Of a stretch of 64,000 bases of DNA, positions 35,112 through 44,867 are shown piece by piece (positions within the stretch are counted from its first letter, which is position 1; the number at the start of each line of letters is the position of its first letter). The notes under the pieces were generated by a model. That model had not been told where the DNA came from, made no database searches, and worked only from the letters and a program-made list of their open reading frames with translations. The DNA is from Patescibacteria group bacterium. Lineage in GTDB: Bacteria > Patescibacteriota > Microgenomatia > UBA8517. The stretch covers positions 20,091 to 84,090 of the forward strand of contig DASVCV010000002.1 of assembly GCA_036381415.1 (NCBI GenBank), given 5' to 3'. The position numbers and the translations under genes were made by a program.

Positions 35112-35843
35112 ATGACAACAGGTCTTACTTCCCGTCAAACACAAATTTTAAAAGCAATTGTAGATGAATATATATCAACTGCAGAACCTGTTGGGTCAGT
35201 AGCACTAGATAAAAAGTACAATCTTGGAATTTCTCCTGCAACTATAAGAAGCGAGATGGTTAATTTAACCAAAATGAAATATTTAAAGCAGCCTCATACT
35301 TCGGCAGGACGTGTTCCAACTCCACATGCAATGAAATTCTATATTAATCAATTAATGGAGGAAAAACAGATGAGTGTTACTGATGAAGTAAGAACTAAAG
35401 AACAAGTTATTGATGCAAAAGGAAATTTTGAAAAAATAATGGAGGAAGCAACTGAGGCTTTAGCTGATAGGACTCATTCTTTGGCAATTGCTGCAACAGA
35501 TGATGGAGATGTATGGAGAGCAGGAATGTCTAATATTTTTGATAATCCTGAGTTTGATAATATTGCCATTTGTCATGACATTTTTACATTTTTAGAAGAA
35601 GAAAAAGGATTAATGGATTTATTTTTCCAAAGATTAACTGGACTTACTCCAGTTGAAGTTATCTTTGGACCTGATTTAAATACTCCATCCCTTGCTGATT
35701 TGGGAGTGGTTGCAACTAGGTTTGATATTAATGGAAAACAAGGAGCAATGGGAGTGGTTGGACCTTTTAGACTTAACTATCAGGTAGTTATTCCAACTGT
35801 AAGGTATATTAGAAACTTAATCCAGGAACTGGCTGGAGTTTAA
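35112..35843 (+). CDS. hrcA: Heat-inducible transcription repressor HrcA (short form).
   Basis: N-terminal winged HTH LTSRQTQILKAIVDEYISTAEPVGS...ISPATIRSEM is the HrcA signature. Confidence 0.8.
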   Translation: MTTGLTSRQTQILKAIVDEYISTAEPVGSVALDKKYNLGISPATIRSEMVNLTKMKYLKQPHTSAGRVPTPHAMKFYINQLMEEKQMSVTDEVRTKEQVIDAKGNFEKIMEEATEALADRTHSLAIAATDDGDVWRAGMSNIFDNPEFDNIAICHDIFTFLEEEKGLMDLFFQRLTGLTPVEVIFGPDLNTPSLADLGVVATRFDINGKQGAMGVVGPFRLNYQVVIPTVRYIRNLIQELAGV

Positions 35844-35854
35844 TTACTAATTAA

Positions 35855-36322
35855 ATGAAAAATAAAAAAGTACAGGAAAAGAAAGTAGAAAAAGAAGGAA
35901 AAGAAGTTGGTGAGTTAAAAAACCAACTTGCAAGAGCACTTGCTGACTATGACAATTTAAGAAGAAGAACAGAAGAAGAAAAGAGTATTTGGATAAAGTT
36001 TGCAACAGGAAAATTTATCCAGAGCTTGTTACCTATTTTGGACGCAATTGAGGCATCTTTAACTCATACTAAGGATCAGGGTTTGGCAATTGCAGTAGGA
36101 CAATTAAAAGATTTACTAGCTAGTGAAGGACTTGAGGAAATTAAACCAAAAAAGAGTGAGGAGTTTGATGAGAATTTAGAAGAAGCTATAGAAGTGGTTG
36201 GTGGGAAGAAAGAAGATTTTGGGAAAATTGCAGAAGTGGTAATGTCTGGATGGAAATTTAAAGATGGACCTGTAATAAGACATGCAAAGGTCAAGGTCTA
36301 TCAAAAGGGTCTTGACAACTAA
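35855..36322 (+). CDS. grpE: Nucleotide exchange factor GrpE.
   Basis: LKNQLARALADYDNLRRRTEEEK and a C-terminal beta-domain. Lies between hrcA and dnaK. Confidence 0.85.
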   Translation: MKNKKVQEKKVEKEGKEVGELKNQLARALADYDNLRRRTEEEKSIWIKFATGKFIQSLLPILDAIEASLTHTKDQGLAIAVGQLKDLLASEGLEEIKPKKSEEFDENLEEAIEVVGGKKEDFGKIAEVVMSGWKFKDGPVIRHAKVKVYQKGLDN

Positions 36323-36349
36323 TTGGCACTCGTAGTAGATTAGTGCTAA
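36323..36349 (+). promoter_or_regulatory. CIRCE element (HrcA operator).
   Basis: TTGGCACTC-GTAGTAGAT-TAGTGCTAA is a near-perfect 9-N9-9 inverted repeat matching the CIRCE consensus. It sits directly after the grpE stop. Confidence 0.7.
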
Positions 36350-36362
36350 GAAAGAAATAAAT

Positions 36363-36749
36363 ATGACAGAAAGATTAAACATTGAGGGTAGGAGTCAACT
36401 GGAAAAAGAGTTTGAGACACTTGATGTTTTGATGAAGTACTATATGAAAGACCTTAAACGTGGGGGGAAGATTACACAGGAGCAGGGAGAATTAGTAAGA
36501 GAATATGTACGTGCTGAATTTTCTTACTCAGATGAGAAAAGAAAACTTGGTGATAAAAGTGATATAGAGATTGTTGATAAATTGATTGTAAAGCATCATG
36601 AGTTAGAGGAAAGATGGCAAAACACTGGAGGCTTAAATCGGGGAACTTTGATGAGTAGGGCAGATTCTTTACACAGAATGACGACGGGTAGGTTTAAAAT
36701 TCCCTGGAAGGAAGCGAGAGCAGAATTAAAAGAGAAAGGATTAAGGTAA
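36363..36749 (+). CDS. Hypothetical protein embedded in the heat-shock operon between CIRCE and dnaK.
   Basis: 128-aa charged, helical ORF with no recognisable motif. Tight spacing: 7 nt to the dnaK start. Confidence 0.5.
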   Translation: MTERLNIEGRSQLEKEFETLDVLMKYYMKDLKRGGKITQEQGELVREYVRAEFSYSDEKRKLGDKSDIEIVDKLIVKHHELEERWQNTGGLNRGTLMSRADSLHRMTTGRFKIPWKEARAELKEKGLR

Positions 36750-36756
36750 CGAACGT

Positions 36757-38658
36757 ATGGCAAAAATAGTAGGAATTGATTTAGGAACAACAAATTCAGT
36801 AGTTGCTGTTATGGAGGGAGGACGACCTAAGGTTATCCCTGCAGCTGATACTGGACGAAATATTACTCCATCTGTGGTTGAACCAATTAAGAATTTGGTT
36901 GGGGATGTTGCCAAAAGGCAAATGATTCTTAACTCCAAAAATACAATTTATTCTATTAAAAGGATAATGGGAAGAAGAATTGATGATCCTGAAACTAAAA
37001 GAACTATTGAGATGGTCCCTTACAAAGTTAAATCAGGTAAGGCAAGCATGGCAGTTGTTGAAGTAGATGGAAAAACTTTTACTCCTCAAGAAATCTCTGC
37101 AAGAATTTTGATGAAATTAAAGAAAGATGCAGAAGGGTACTTGGGAGAAAAAGTAACACAAGCTGTTATAACAGTTCCAGCTTACTTTGATGATGCTCAA
37201 AGGCAAGCAACAAAACAGGCAGGAGAAATTGCTGGATTTAAAGTAGAAAGAATAATTAATGAGCCAACTGCAGCAGCTTTGGCATATGGACTTGATAAAA
37301 AGAATGCACAAAAGATTGCTGTTTATGATTTGGGAGGAGGAACTTTTGATATATCTGTACTTGAATTAGGAGATGGAGTATTTGAGGTAAAGGCAACTAA
37401 TGGAGATACACACTTAGGAGGAGATGACTTTGATGCAAAGATTGTTGACTATATAGTAGATGAATTTAAGAAAGAAAATGGAGTTGATTTAAAGAAAGAT
37501 GCACAGGCACTTCAAAGAGTAAGAGATGCTGCGGAAAGAGCAAAGATAGAACTGTCTGCAAGCGAGGAAGTAGAAATAAACCAACCTTACATTACTCAGC
37601 AAGATGGACAGCCACTTCATTTAACAATGAAATTAACTAGGGCAAAGCTTGAGAGCTTGGTTGGTGATTTAATTCAAAAGACAATTGACCCAGTAAAGGC
37701 TTGCTTAAAAGATGCAAAGATTGATGTAAAAGATATTGATGAAGTGGTCTTGGTTGGAGGGATGACAAGAATGCCTAAGGTAATTGAAGCTGTTAAAGAC
37801 TTCTTTGGAAAAGAACCAAATAAAAGTGTAAATCCAGATGAAGTAGTTGCAATTGGAGCTGCAATTCAAGGAGGAGTATTAGGAGGAGAAGTAAAAGATA
37901 TATTACTGCTTGATGTTACTCCATTAACTTTGGCAATTGAGACACTTGGAAGAGTAGCTACTCCAATGATTCCAAGAAATACAACAGTGCCTGCAAGCAA
38001 AACTGAAGTATTTTCAACTGCAGCTGATAATCAGACACAAGTAGAAATTCATATTACACAAGGAGAAAGACCAATGGCAGCTGACAACAAATCTCTTGGA
38101 AGATTTACACTTGATGGAATTCCACCAGCTCCAAGAGGAGTGCCTCAAATTGAAGTTACTTTTGATATTGATGCATCAGGAATACTTAAAGTAACTGCAA
38201 AGGATAAAGCAACTGGAAAGAGTCAAAATATTACAATTTCTGGAGCTGTTGGATTATCTGATGAAGAGGTAAAGAAAATGCAGACTGATGCAGAAAAGCA
38301 CAAAGAAGAGGATGAAAAGAAATCAGAATTGATTAAGGCAAAAAATGCAGCAGAAGGACTAGTTGCTACTGCTGAAAAAGCTTTAAAGGATGCAGGAGAC
38401 AAAGTTCCAGCAGATGTAAAAGAAAAAGTAGAAGAGAAAATAAAAGCTGTTAATGAGGTAAAAGAGAAAGACAACAAGGAAGAAATTGAAGCAAAGACAA
38501 AAGAATTATCTGAAACTCTTTCTCAGGTTGGACAGGCAATGTATGGACAGCAGGGTGCACAAGGACAGCCAAACTCTGAACCACAAGGTGAAGAACCAAA
38601 AGAAGAAAAAAAGAAAAAGAATGAAGGAAAAGTGGAAGAGGGAGAAGTAGTAGAATAA
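36757..38658 (+). CDS. dnaK: Chaperone DnaK (Hsp70).
   Basis: [28 protein letters not shown]. Full-length 633 aa with an acidic C-terminus. Confidence 0.95.
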   Translation: MAKIVGIDLGTTNSVVAVMEGGRPKVIPAADTGRNITPSVVEPIKNLVGDVAKRQMILNSKNTIYSIKRIMGRRIDDPETKRTIEMVPYKVKSGKASMAVVEVDGKTFTPQEISARILMKLKKDAEGYLGEKVTQAVITVPAYFDDAQRQATKQAGEIAGFKVERIINEPTAAALAYGLDKKNAQKIAVYDLGGGTFDISVLELGDGVFEVKATNGDTHLGGDDFDAKIVDYIVDEFKKENGVDLKKDAQALQRVRDAAERAKIELSASEEVEINQPYITQQDGQPLHLTMKLTRAKLESLVGDLIQKTIDPVKACLKDAKIDVKDIDEVVLVGGMTRMPKVIEAVKDFFGKEPNKSVNPDEVVAIGAAIQGGVLGGEVKDILLLDVTPLTLAIETLGRVATPMIPRNTTVPASKTEVFSTAADNQTQVEIHITQGERPMAADNKSLGRFTLDGIPPAPRGVPQIEVTFDIDASGILKVTAKDKATGKSQNITISGAVGLSDEEVKKMQTDAEKHKEEDEKKSELIKAKNAAEGLVATAEKALKDAGDKVPADVKEKVEEKIKAVNEVKEKDNKEEIEAKTKELSETLSQVGQAMYGQQGAQGQPNSEPQGEEPKEEKKKKNEGKVEEGEVVE

Positions 38659-38666
38659 AATAGGGC

Positions 38667-39533
38667 ATGGCGGCCAAATCAGACTACTATGACATCCTTG
38701 GTGTCTCCAAAAATGCTTCAGCTGATGAAATAAAAAAAGCTTACAGAAAGCAAGCTTTAGAGTGGCATCCTGACAAACATCCTACAGAAAAAGATGCTGC
38801 TGAAAAAAGATTCAAAGAAATAAATGAGGCATATCAGATTCTTTCTGATACTTCTAAAAGACAAGCATATGATCAGTTTGGACATGATGCTTTTGCACCA
38901 GGTGGAGCAGGAGCTAGACAAGGGGGTTTTCAGGGAAATCCTTTTGGAGGTGGGGGACCATTTACGTATACTTATACAAATTCTGGTGGTGGGCAGAATC
39001 CTTTTGGAAATTTTGATTTTGGAGATCCATTTGATATTTTTGAACAATTCTTTGGAGGAGGGAGACAAAACAGAGTTCCTAGATACAGCATGACAATTGA
39101 CTTCATGGAAGCAATTAATGGAACTGAGAAAACAGTTGATATAGAAGGCAAGCGTCGTACAATAAAGATACCTGCTGGAGTAGAGGAGGGATCTAGAATT
39201 AACTTTAATGACTTTACTTTGTCTGTAAATATCCGGCCTCATGAAATTTTTGAAAGAGATGGAGCTGATATTTATGTTAGATTTGATATTCCTTTTTCTA
39301 TTGCAGCCCTTGGCGGAACTGTTAAAGTTCCTACAGTTGATGGAGATTTAGCAGTAAAAATAAGACCAGGGACTCAGTCAGGAATACTTGTAAGACTTAG
39401 AGGGAAAGGAGCAACTCACTTGAGAGGACGCGGACGAGGTGATGAGTATGTCAGAATTAATGTTGCAGTTCCCTCTCACCTATCAAGAAGCCAAAAGAGT
39501 TTGGTTGAGGAAATGAAGGAAGAAGGATTATAA
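38667..39533 (+). CDS. J-domain co-chaperone, DnaJ class II (CbpA-like). G/F-rich region but no Cys-rich zinc-finger domain.
   Basis: DYYDILGV...[13 protein letters not shown] (HPD motif), a GGFGG-rich linker and DnaJ C-terminal domains. No CxxCxGxG repeats. Confidence 0.8.
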   Translation: MAAKSDYYDILGVSKNASADEIKKAYRKQALEWHPDKHPTEKDAAEKRFKEINEAYQILSDTSKRQAYDQFGHDAFAPGGAGARQGGFQGNPFGGGGPFTYTYTNSGGGQNPFGNFDFGDPFDIFEQFFGGGRQNRVPRYSMTIDFMEAINGTEKTVDIEGKRRTIKIPAGVEEGSRINFNDFTLSVNIRPHEIFERDGADIYVRFDIPFSIAALGGTVKVPTVDGDLAVKIRPGTQSGILVRLRGKGATHLRGRGRGDEYVRINVAVPSHLSRSQKSLVEEMKEEGL

Positions 39534-39548
39534 AGGTTTAGTTTTTTT

Positions 39549-39782
39549 CTAACGGGATAAATCTTCTACGGCAGAGTAATTTTCTATAAGTTGATCTAAC
39601 TCCTCATGAAGCTTGGCAATAAATTGCTGGTCTGGTTCTATGCTTTCATATTTTTTAAGCATTTCGACTGCCTTTCCATAATCTTGCCAGTTTTCATCTG
39701 TTGGATTTTTTTCGACACTAAGACTTTTTGCCCAAACATTTAAGTAAAGAGAAAGAGGGTATATTTTTCGTTCGTTGTTCAT
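39549..39782 (-). CDS. Small protein, member 1 of a tandem three-gene paralog family (function unknown).
   Basis: 77 aa. Shared pattern YL-x5-S...(K/E)NP/DP...IV-x-DF(E/Q)-x-GEG...MP-x-Y with the two ORFs downstream. Confidence 0.45.
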   Translation of the reverse strand: MNNERKIYPLSLYLNVWAKSLSVEKNPTDENWQDYGKAVEMLKKYESIEPDQQFIAKLHEELDQLIENYSAVEDLSR

Positions 39783-39833
39783 TGATTTATTCTAACACTT
39801 GAGTAAAGGTGTGTCTTTATGGATGTGTAAAAT

Positions 39834-40058
39834 TTATTTTTTGTCTAGAGGTGGGTAGTACTCAGGCATTTCCTTCATTAGCTCACTTACTATTGACATA
39901 CTTCCCTCACCTATTTGAAAGTCATGTACTATTTTTCTTGCCCTAATTAGGGCATCATGATTTTTTGGGGTTTGGCTTTCATGATATGCGCGGGATTTTA
40001 TTCCTAGATAAATTCTGACTGCCTCTGGAATTGTGTTTGCATGCTCTTTTCCGGGCAT
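39834..40058 (-). CDS. Small protein, member 2 of the tandem paralog family.
   Basis: 74 aa. VRIYLGIKSRAYHESQTPKNHDALIRARKIVHDFQIGEGS...MPEYY. Confidence 0.45.
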   Translation of the reverse strand: MPGKEHANTIPEAVRIYLGIKSRAYHESQTPKNHDALIRARKIVHDFQIGEGSMSIVSELMKEMPEYYPPLDKK

Positions 40059-40064
40059 AAATAA

Positions 40065-40328
40065 TTATAGTTCTTTGTTGATTTTTGCTCTTTGTTCTTG
40101 ATATCCAGGCATGTTTTTAGCAAGTTCTTCATCCATTCTTCTAATGATTTCAGGGTCTCCTTTTCCTTCCTCAAAGTCTCTAACAATATTAAGTGTTTCA
40201 TCAAGAGATCTTTTATTCTCAGCGGTTGGGTCTTTGTCGAACACACTTAACCTGGCAAGAAGATAAATTTGAGCTACAAGAGGTACGTCTCTAAAAGGCA
40301 TATAAAAGATTATAGCAGTCTTTTCCAA
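40065..40328 (-). CDS. Small protein, member 3 of the tandem paralog family.
   Basis: 87 aa. AQIYLLARLSVFDKDPTAENKRSLDETLNIVRDFEEGKGD...MPGY. Confidence 0.45.
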   Translation of the reverse strand: MEKTAIIFYMPFRDVPLVAQIYLLARLSVFDKDPTAENKRSLDETLNIVRDFEEGKGDPEIIRRMDEELAKNMPGYQEQRAKINKEL

Positions 40329-40384
40329 GTTTGACTTCCTTGGAGCCTTGAGCTAGAATATCTCCAGGTTATTAGAGAAGGGTT

Positions 40385-40410
40385 TGGTGGGCATGTCCCA
40401 CCATTTTTTT
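40385..40410 (+). terminator. Intrinsic-terminator-like hairpin plus T-tract, 11 nt upstream of the nusA start (possible attenuator).
   Basis: GGTGGG-catgt-CCCACC followed by ATTTTTTTTT on the + strand. No + strand gene lies immediately upstream. Confidence 0.4.
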
Positions 40411-40420
40411 TAGAAATAAT

Positions 40421-41572
40421 ATGGCACAACAAACAGCTAGAACAGAATTTGCACAAGCTCTTAAGGCAGTAGCTACAGAGAGGGGCTTAGATGCAGAAGT
40501 AATAATAGATACTATTAAACAGGCAATTATTGCAGCTTATAAAAGGGATGCAAGAGATGCTGGTGTTGAGACAGAGGAAATGGATTATGATGTTGATCTT
40601 CATTCAGTAACTGGAGAAACTAAAGTTTATGGATTTCCAATAGGAAAACCTGAAGAAAAGAAAGATGTGACACCTCCTGGATTTGGAAGAATTGCAGCAC
40701 AAACTGCAAAGCAAGTTATTCATCAGAAAATAAGAGAAGCAGAAAAGGGGGCAATTATGAGTGAGTTTAGCGGAAGAGTAGGAACCTTAATTTCTGGAAT
40801 GGTACTTAGATTTGATGGACCAAATGTAAAGGTTGATGTAGGCAGAGCTGAAGCTATTATGCCAACTGAAGAAAGAGTTCCTACTGAGAGACTATCTTTA
40901 AATCAAAGACTAACCTTCTACCTTAAAGGAATTGAGGAAGGACCAAGAGGAAAAAGAATTATTTTATCTAGGGCTGATCCTGAATTTGTAAAAAAGCTTT
41001 TTGCCCGTGAAGTCCCTGAAATTGCATCAGGATCTGTTGAAATTAGAGAAATTGCAAGAGAAGCTGGAGTAAGAACAAAGATTGCAGTCTTTTCTAACCA
41101 ACCAGGAGTTGATCCTGTAGGATCTTGTGTTGGACAAAAAGGAGTAAGAGTTCAGGCAGTTACTAATGAATTAAATGGTGAAAGAGTTGATATTATTCCT
41201 TGGAACAGTGATGCAAAGGAATATGTTAAAGCAGCTTTAGCACCTGTTGAAATACTTACTATTAAGCTTGATAAAAAGGCAAAAATTGCAAAGATTAAAG
41301 TGCCTGAGGATCAGCTTTCACTTGCCATAGGACGTGAGGGACAAAATGTGAGGCTTGCCGGCCAACTTACTAATTGGAAAATTGACATAGAAGGAGATGT
41401 CGTTAAATCAAAAGACAAAGAAGAGAAAAAGGAAGAAGAAAAAGTGGAAGAGAAGGAAGAAAAGGTAGAATCAAAGGTAGAGGAAGTGGAGAAAAAAGAA
41501 GCAGTAGTGGAAGATAGTAAAAAAGATCAGAAAACAAGGACTGAAGAAGTTAAGCCTGAGAGCGAAAAATGA
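40421..41572 (+). CDS. nusA: Transcription termination/antitermination factor NusA, with a Lys/Glu-rich C-terminal tail.
   Basis: N-terminal domain, S1 and two KH regions (GREGQNVRLAGQLTNWKIDI). Followed by infB. Confidence 0.9.
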   Translation: MAQQTARTEFAQALKAVATERGLDAEVIIDTIKQAIIAAYKRDARDAGVETEEMDYDVDLHSVTGETKVYGFPIGKPEEKKDVTPPGFGRIAAQTAKQVIHQKIREAEKGAIMSEFSGRVGTLISGMVLRFDGPNVKVDVGRAEAIMPTEERVPTERLSLNQRLTFYLKGIEEGPRGKRIILSRADPEFVKKLFAREVPEIASGSVEIREIAREAGVRTKIAVFSNQPGVDPVGSCVGQKGVRVQAVTNELNGERVDIIPWNSDAKEYVKAALAPVEILTIKLDKKAKIAKIKVPEDQLSLAIGREGQNVRLAGQLTNWKIDIEGDVVKSKDKEEKKEEEKVEEKEEKVESKVEEVEKKEAVVEDSKKDQKTRTEEVKPESEK

Positions 41573-41679
41573 AAAAAAGCATGGTAGTTACTACTTTTTG
41601 TACCTCTTAATTTAAGGCTTTAACATCTTTGACGCCTTGAAAGTTTTCTTTTTAATTTTGTTTTTTAGTTGTATTTAAT

Positions 41680-43065
41680 ATGGAAATATCAAGAGCACCA
41701 ATAGTAGTAGTTTTAGGGCATGTTGATCATGGTAAAACATCCTTACTGGATGCTGTTAGAAAAACCAATGTAACAGCAAGGGAGGCAGGAGGAATTACTC
41801 AGAAAATAGGAGCTTCAGAGATTAAAACAAAAGATGGTAAAAAGATAACTTTCATTGATACTCCAGGACATGCATTATTTTCTGCAATGAGGCTTAGAGG
41901 AGCAAAATATGCTGATATTGCTCTACTTATAGTTGCAGGAGATGATGGAGTTGCTCCACAAACCAAAGAGGCACTTACTATTATTAGAGAAGAAAAAATT
42001 CCTTTTATAGTTGTAATTACTAAAACAGATTTACCAACAGCTTCTACTGAAACAGCTTTGCAGCAATTAGAAAAAGAAGGAGTTTACTTTGAAAAAAGAG
42101 GGGGAGATACTTCCTATATAGAAGTATCTGCAAAAACAGGTAAAGGAATTGAGGATTTACTTGATTTAATTAGTTTGGTTTCTGAAGTAAGTGATGTTAA
42201 GTCAGATCCTGAAGGAGAATTATCAGCTACTGTTCTTGAAACAAGTAAAGATAAAAAAGGACTTTTGGTGTCAGTTGTTGTAATAAATGGAAAATTGAAA
42301 GTTGGAGATACAGTATATGCTGGAAAAATTGAAGGCAAAATTAAGGGATTATTTAATGATTTAGGGAAAGCTGTAAAAGAATTAAATCCAGGTGAGCCAG
42401 GTCAAATTCTAGGATTTTCAGAACTAGCTCCAACTGGTGCAACTATTAAATCAAAGCCATATGAAATAAATGAAAATTTATCTAGAACTAATGGAGAAAA
42501 AGAATCAAGAGTAAAGATTTATGTGAAGGCAAAGACAGCTGGAGGTTTGGAAGCATTAATTGGAAACCTGCCAAAAGGAGTGTATGTAGTAGGATCCAGT
42601 GTTGGAGATTTAAATGAAAATGATGTTTTTTTGGCAAAAGCAGCTGATGCATCTATTTTTATCTTTGAGGCAAAAACACCATCTTCTGTTTCAAAACTAG
42701 CAGATACTGAAGGAGTAGCTATTGAAAGATTTGATATTATTTATGCCTTAATTGAGAGGCTGACTGATCTTGTTACTTCAGGAGAAACAAAGATTTTAGG
42801 AAGAGCACAGGTAGTTGCCTCATTTCCATTTAATGGAAAGAAAGTGGCAGGATGCAAGGTTGTTGAGGGGGTTATTAAAAAGCAGGATAGACTAGAACTT
42901 CAAAGGGGAGAATCTACTATAGGTAGTGTAAGAGTTACTTCAATTAGAAAGCAAAAAGATGAAGTAAACCAGGTAAGACAAGGGGAAGAATGCGGAATAT
43001 TATTTGAGCCTCAGCTTGATTTTAAAGTGGCTGATATGTTACTATCGGTTTCCAAAAGGCCATAA
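41680..43065 (+). CDS. infB: Translation initiation factor IF-2 (minimal 461-aa form starting at the G domain).
   Basis: GHVDHGKTSLLD (G1), DTPGH (G3), ITKTDL (G4). Position after nusA. Confidence 0.85.
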   Translation: MEISRAPIVVVLGHVDHGKTSLLDAVRKTNVTAREAGGITQKIGASEIKTKDGKKITFIDTPGHALFSAMRLRGAKYADIALLIVAGDDGVAPQTKEALTIIREEKIPFIVVITKTDLPTASTETALQQLEKEGVYFEKRGGDTSYIEVSAKTGKGIEDLLDLISLVSEVSDVKSDPEGELSATVLETSKDKKGLLVSVVVINGKLKVGDTVYAGKIEGKIKGLFNDLGKAVKELNPGEPGQILGFSELAPTGATIKSKPYEINENLSRTNGEKESRVKIYVKAKTAGGLEALIGNLPKGVYVVGSSVGDLNENDVFLAKAADASIFIFEAKTPSSVSKLADTEGVAIERFDIIYALIERLTDLVTSGETKILGRAQVVASFPFNGKKVAGCKVVEGVIKKQDRLELQRGESTIGSVRVTSIRKQKDEVNQVRQGEECGILFEPQLDFKVADMLLSVSKRP

Positions 43066-43067
43066 GT

Positions 43068-43901
43068 ATGGACAAATCATTTAAAAGACTAGTAGATGCA
43101 GCTAAATCAGTATTGATCTTACTTCCAACCAACCCAGTTTTTGATCAAGTAGCTGCAGGATTGGCTCTTTACTTAGCATTAACTGACACCAAAGGAGTTA
43201 ATGTTGCATGCTCTTCTGACATGCTTGTTGAGTTTAATAGGTTAATTGGTGTTAATAAAATTAAAAAGGAATTAGGAAATAAAAACTTAACAATAACTTT
43301 GGCTGGATATAACCCAGATAATATTGAAAAGGTTTCATATGATTTGGAAGAAAATGGAGAAATGAAGCTTAATGTTATTACCAAAGCTGATGGAGTTCCC
43401 CCAACTGCAGATCAAGTTAAACTTGTATTTACTGGAATTGCAGCTGACTTAATAATTTTGATTGGAGGTCAGCAGGGAAGTGATTTTCCAGAGCTTTCAA
43501 ATAAAGATTTGGCTGACAAGAAAGTGGTTCATATTGGAACTAGTGAGGTTAGAGTTGAAGGAAGAGATACTATCTCTTTTGCAAGACCAGCATCAAGTGT
43601 TTCAGAATTAATGGGAAGTTTAATTAAAGAAAGCGGGTTTCCAGTTGATGCAGATGCTGCAACTAACTTAGTAATGGGAATTGAAGAAGGAAGCAGAAAC
43701 TTTACTTCAAAAGATACCACTGCAGATACATTTGCAATGATTGCAGATTTAATGAAATTGGGTGGAAAAAGAATTACAGAAGCACAAATTCCAGGAAGGA
43801 ATTTTCCACCTGGAGCAATACCAGGAGAAGTTCCTCAGTCAGGACAAGCAGCACCTCAATCTTGGATGGAACCAAAGATATATAAAGGTACTTCAGTCTA
43901 A
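43068..43901 (+). CDS. DHH/DHHA1-like (NrnA-like) protein with degenerate catalytic motifs.
   Basis: The architecture and spacing match NrnA (ILLPTNPVFDQV...IGGQQGSD...VVHIGTS...ATNLVMGIEEGSRNF). The H-x-N-P-D-G-D and DHH residues are replaced (PTNPVFDQ; HIG). Confidence 0.5.
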   Translation: MDKSFKRLVDAAKSVLILLPTNPVFDQVAAGLALYLALTDTKGVNVACSSDMLVEFNRLIGVNKIKKELGNKNLTITLAGYNPDNIEKVSYDLEENGEMKLNVITKADGVPPTADQVKLVFTGIAADLIILIGGQQGSDFPELSNKDLADKKVVHIGTSEVRVEGRDTISFARPASSVSELMGSLIKESGFPVDADAATNLVMGIEEGSRNFTSKDTTADTFAMIADLMKLGGKRITEAQIPGRNFPPGAIPGEVPQSGQAAPQSWMEPKIYKGTSV

Positions 43902-43921
43902 CTTGATAAGAAGCTGTTGGT

Positions 43922-44473
43922 TTATTTCTGTAAAGTGATGTCTTTTGCTCCACTTTTAAGAGCTATTTGAACAATTTGTTCTAAATCGGTATTTTTTATA
44001 TCTGGTCCTATAGAATCTGGAATTTTCAGTGAGATGTCTTGGGTTGCTTTAAAAGTGCCGTTTTCTTGTTGGACAACATAGAAGGTGTGTATTTCCGGTT
44101 CGACACCGGGAAGTATTTCTGACAGGCTCTGAGAGAAAGCCGTGATCTTTTGTTCTACGTCTATTTTTGAAGCAGTTAAAGTGCTTTGGGTGGAGGTAAG
44201 AACAAAATTTATCATAACTGTTTTTGTGGGTTCAGGGGGAGTTGTTGGTGATGGGGTTGGTAGACTGTATGGTATTGGTATTGCAGTGGCTTGAGCTGTT
44301 GTACTTGTAGAGGAATTGTTTTGAAGTTTTCTTGATAGATAATCAATGCCTGACCCTATTAGGAAGAGGGCAAGAAGGGAAAGAATAAGTGTAATCCCTG
44401 CTGTTATCCCCCATTTGGCATATGATGAAGTAACGACTTTTTTGAAAGTATTTCTTATTCTTCTAAAGGCCAT
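43922..44473 (-). CDS. Membrane-anchored hypothetical protein with a Pro/Thr-rich linker and a C-terminal globular domain.
   Basis: N-terminal TM (WGITAGITLILSLLALFLIGSGI), then PIPYSLPTPSPTTPPEPT, then a 100-aa domain. Confidence 0.45.
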   Translation of the reverse strand: MAFRRIRNTFKKVVTSSYAKWGITAGITLILSLLALFLIGSGIDYLSRKLQNNSSTSTTAQATAIPIPYSLPTPSPTTPPEPTKTVMINFVLTSTQSTLTASKIDVEQKITAFSQSLSEILPGVEPEIHTFYVVQQENGTFKATQDISLKIPDSIGPDIKNTDLEQIVQIALKSGAKDITLQK

Positions 44474-44570
44474 ATTACTATCCTTGTTATTCTTTAGATA
44501 TTATGATATTATAGCCAAGATGTAAACAAGGTTTACTTTGGAATAAGCCTACTTTGTTTAACATGACTAT

Positions 44571-44837
44571 ATGGCACTACCAACAGACGAGAAGCAAAAG
44601 ATAATTAAGAAGTTTGCCAGAGAGAAAGGCGATACAGGATCTCCTGAAGTACAAATAGCCTTACTTTCTGCACAGATAGATAAATTAGTAGGTCATTTGA
44701 ATGAACATGCAAAAGATGTACATTCAAGACGCGGACTACTTTCAATGGTAGCTAAAAGAAGAAGACTTTTGAGTTATCTTCAAAAGCGAGATAAAGCTCG
44801 ACACGAAGCTCTAAAGAAAGAGCTTGGTTTAAAGTAA
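44571..44837 (+). CDS. rpsO: 30S ribosomal protein S15.
   Basis: [17 protein letters not shown]...[15 protein letters not shown]...RRRLLSYL matches the S15 signature. Confidence 0.9.
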   Translation: MALPTDEKQKIIKKFAREKGDTGSPEVQIALLSAQIDKLVGHLNEHAKDVHSRRGLLSMVAKRRRLLSYLQKRDKARHEALKKELGLK

Positions 44838-44867
44838 TATTAAAATAGAAAATATATACATAAATAA

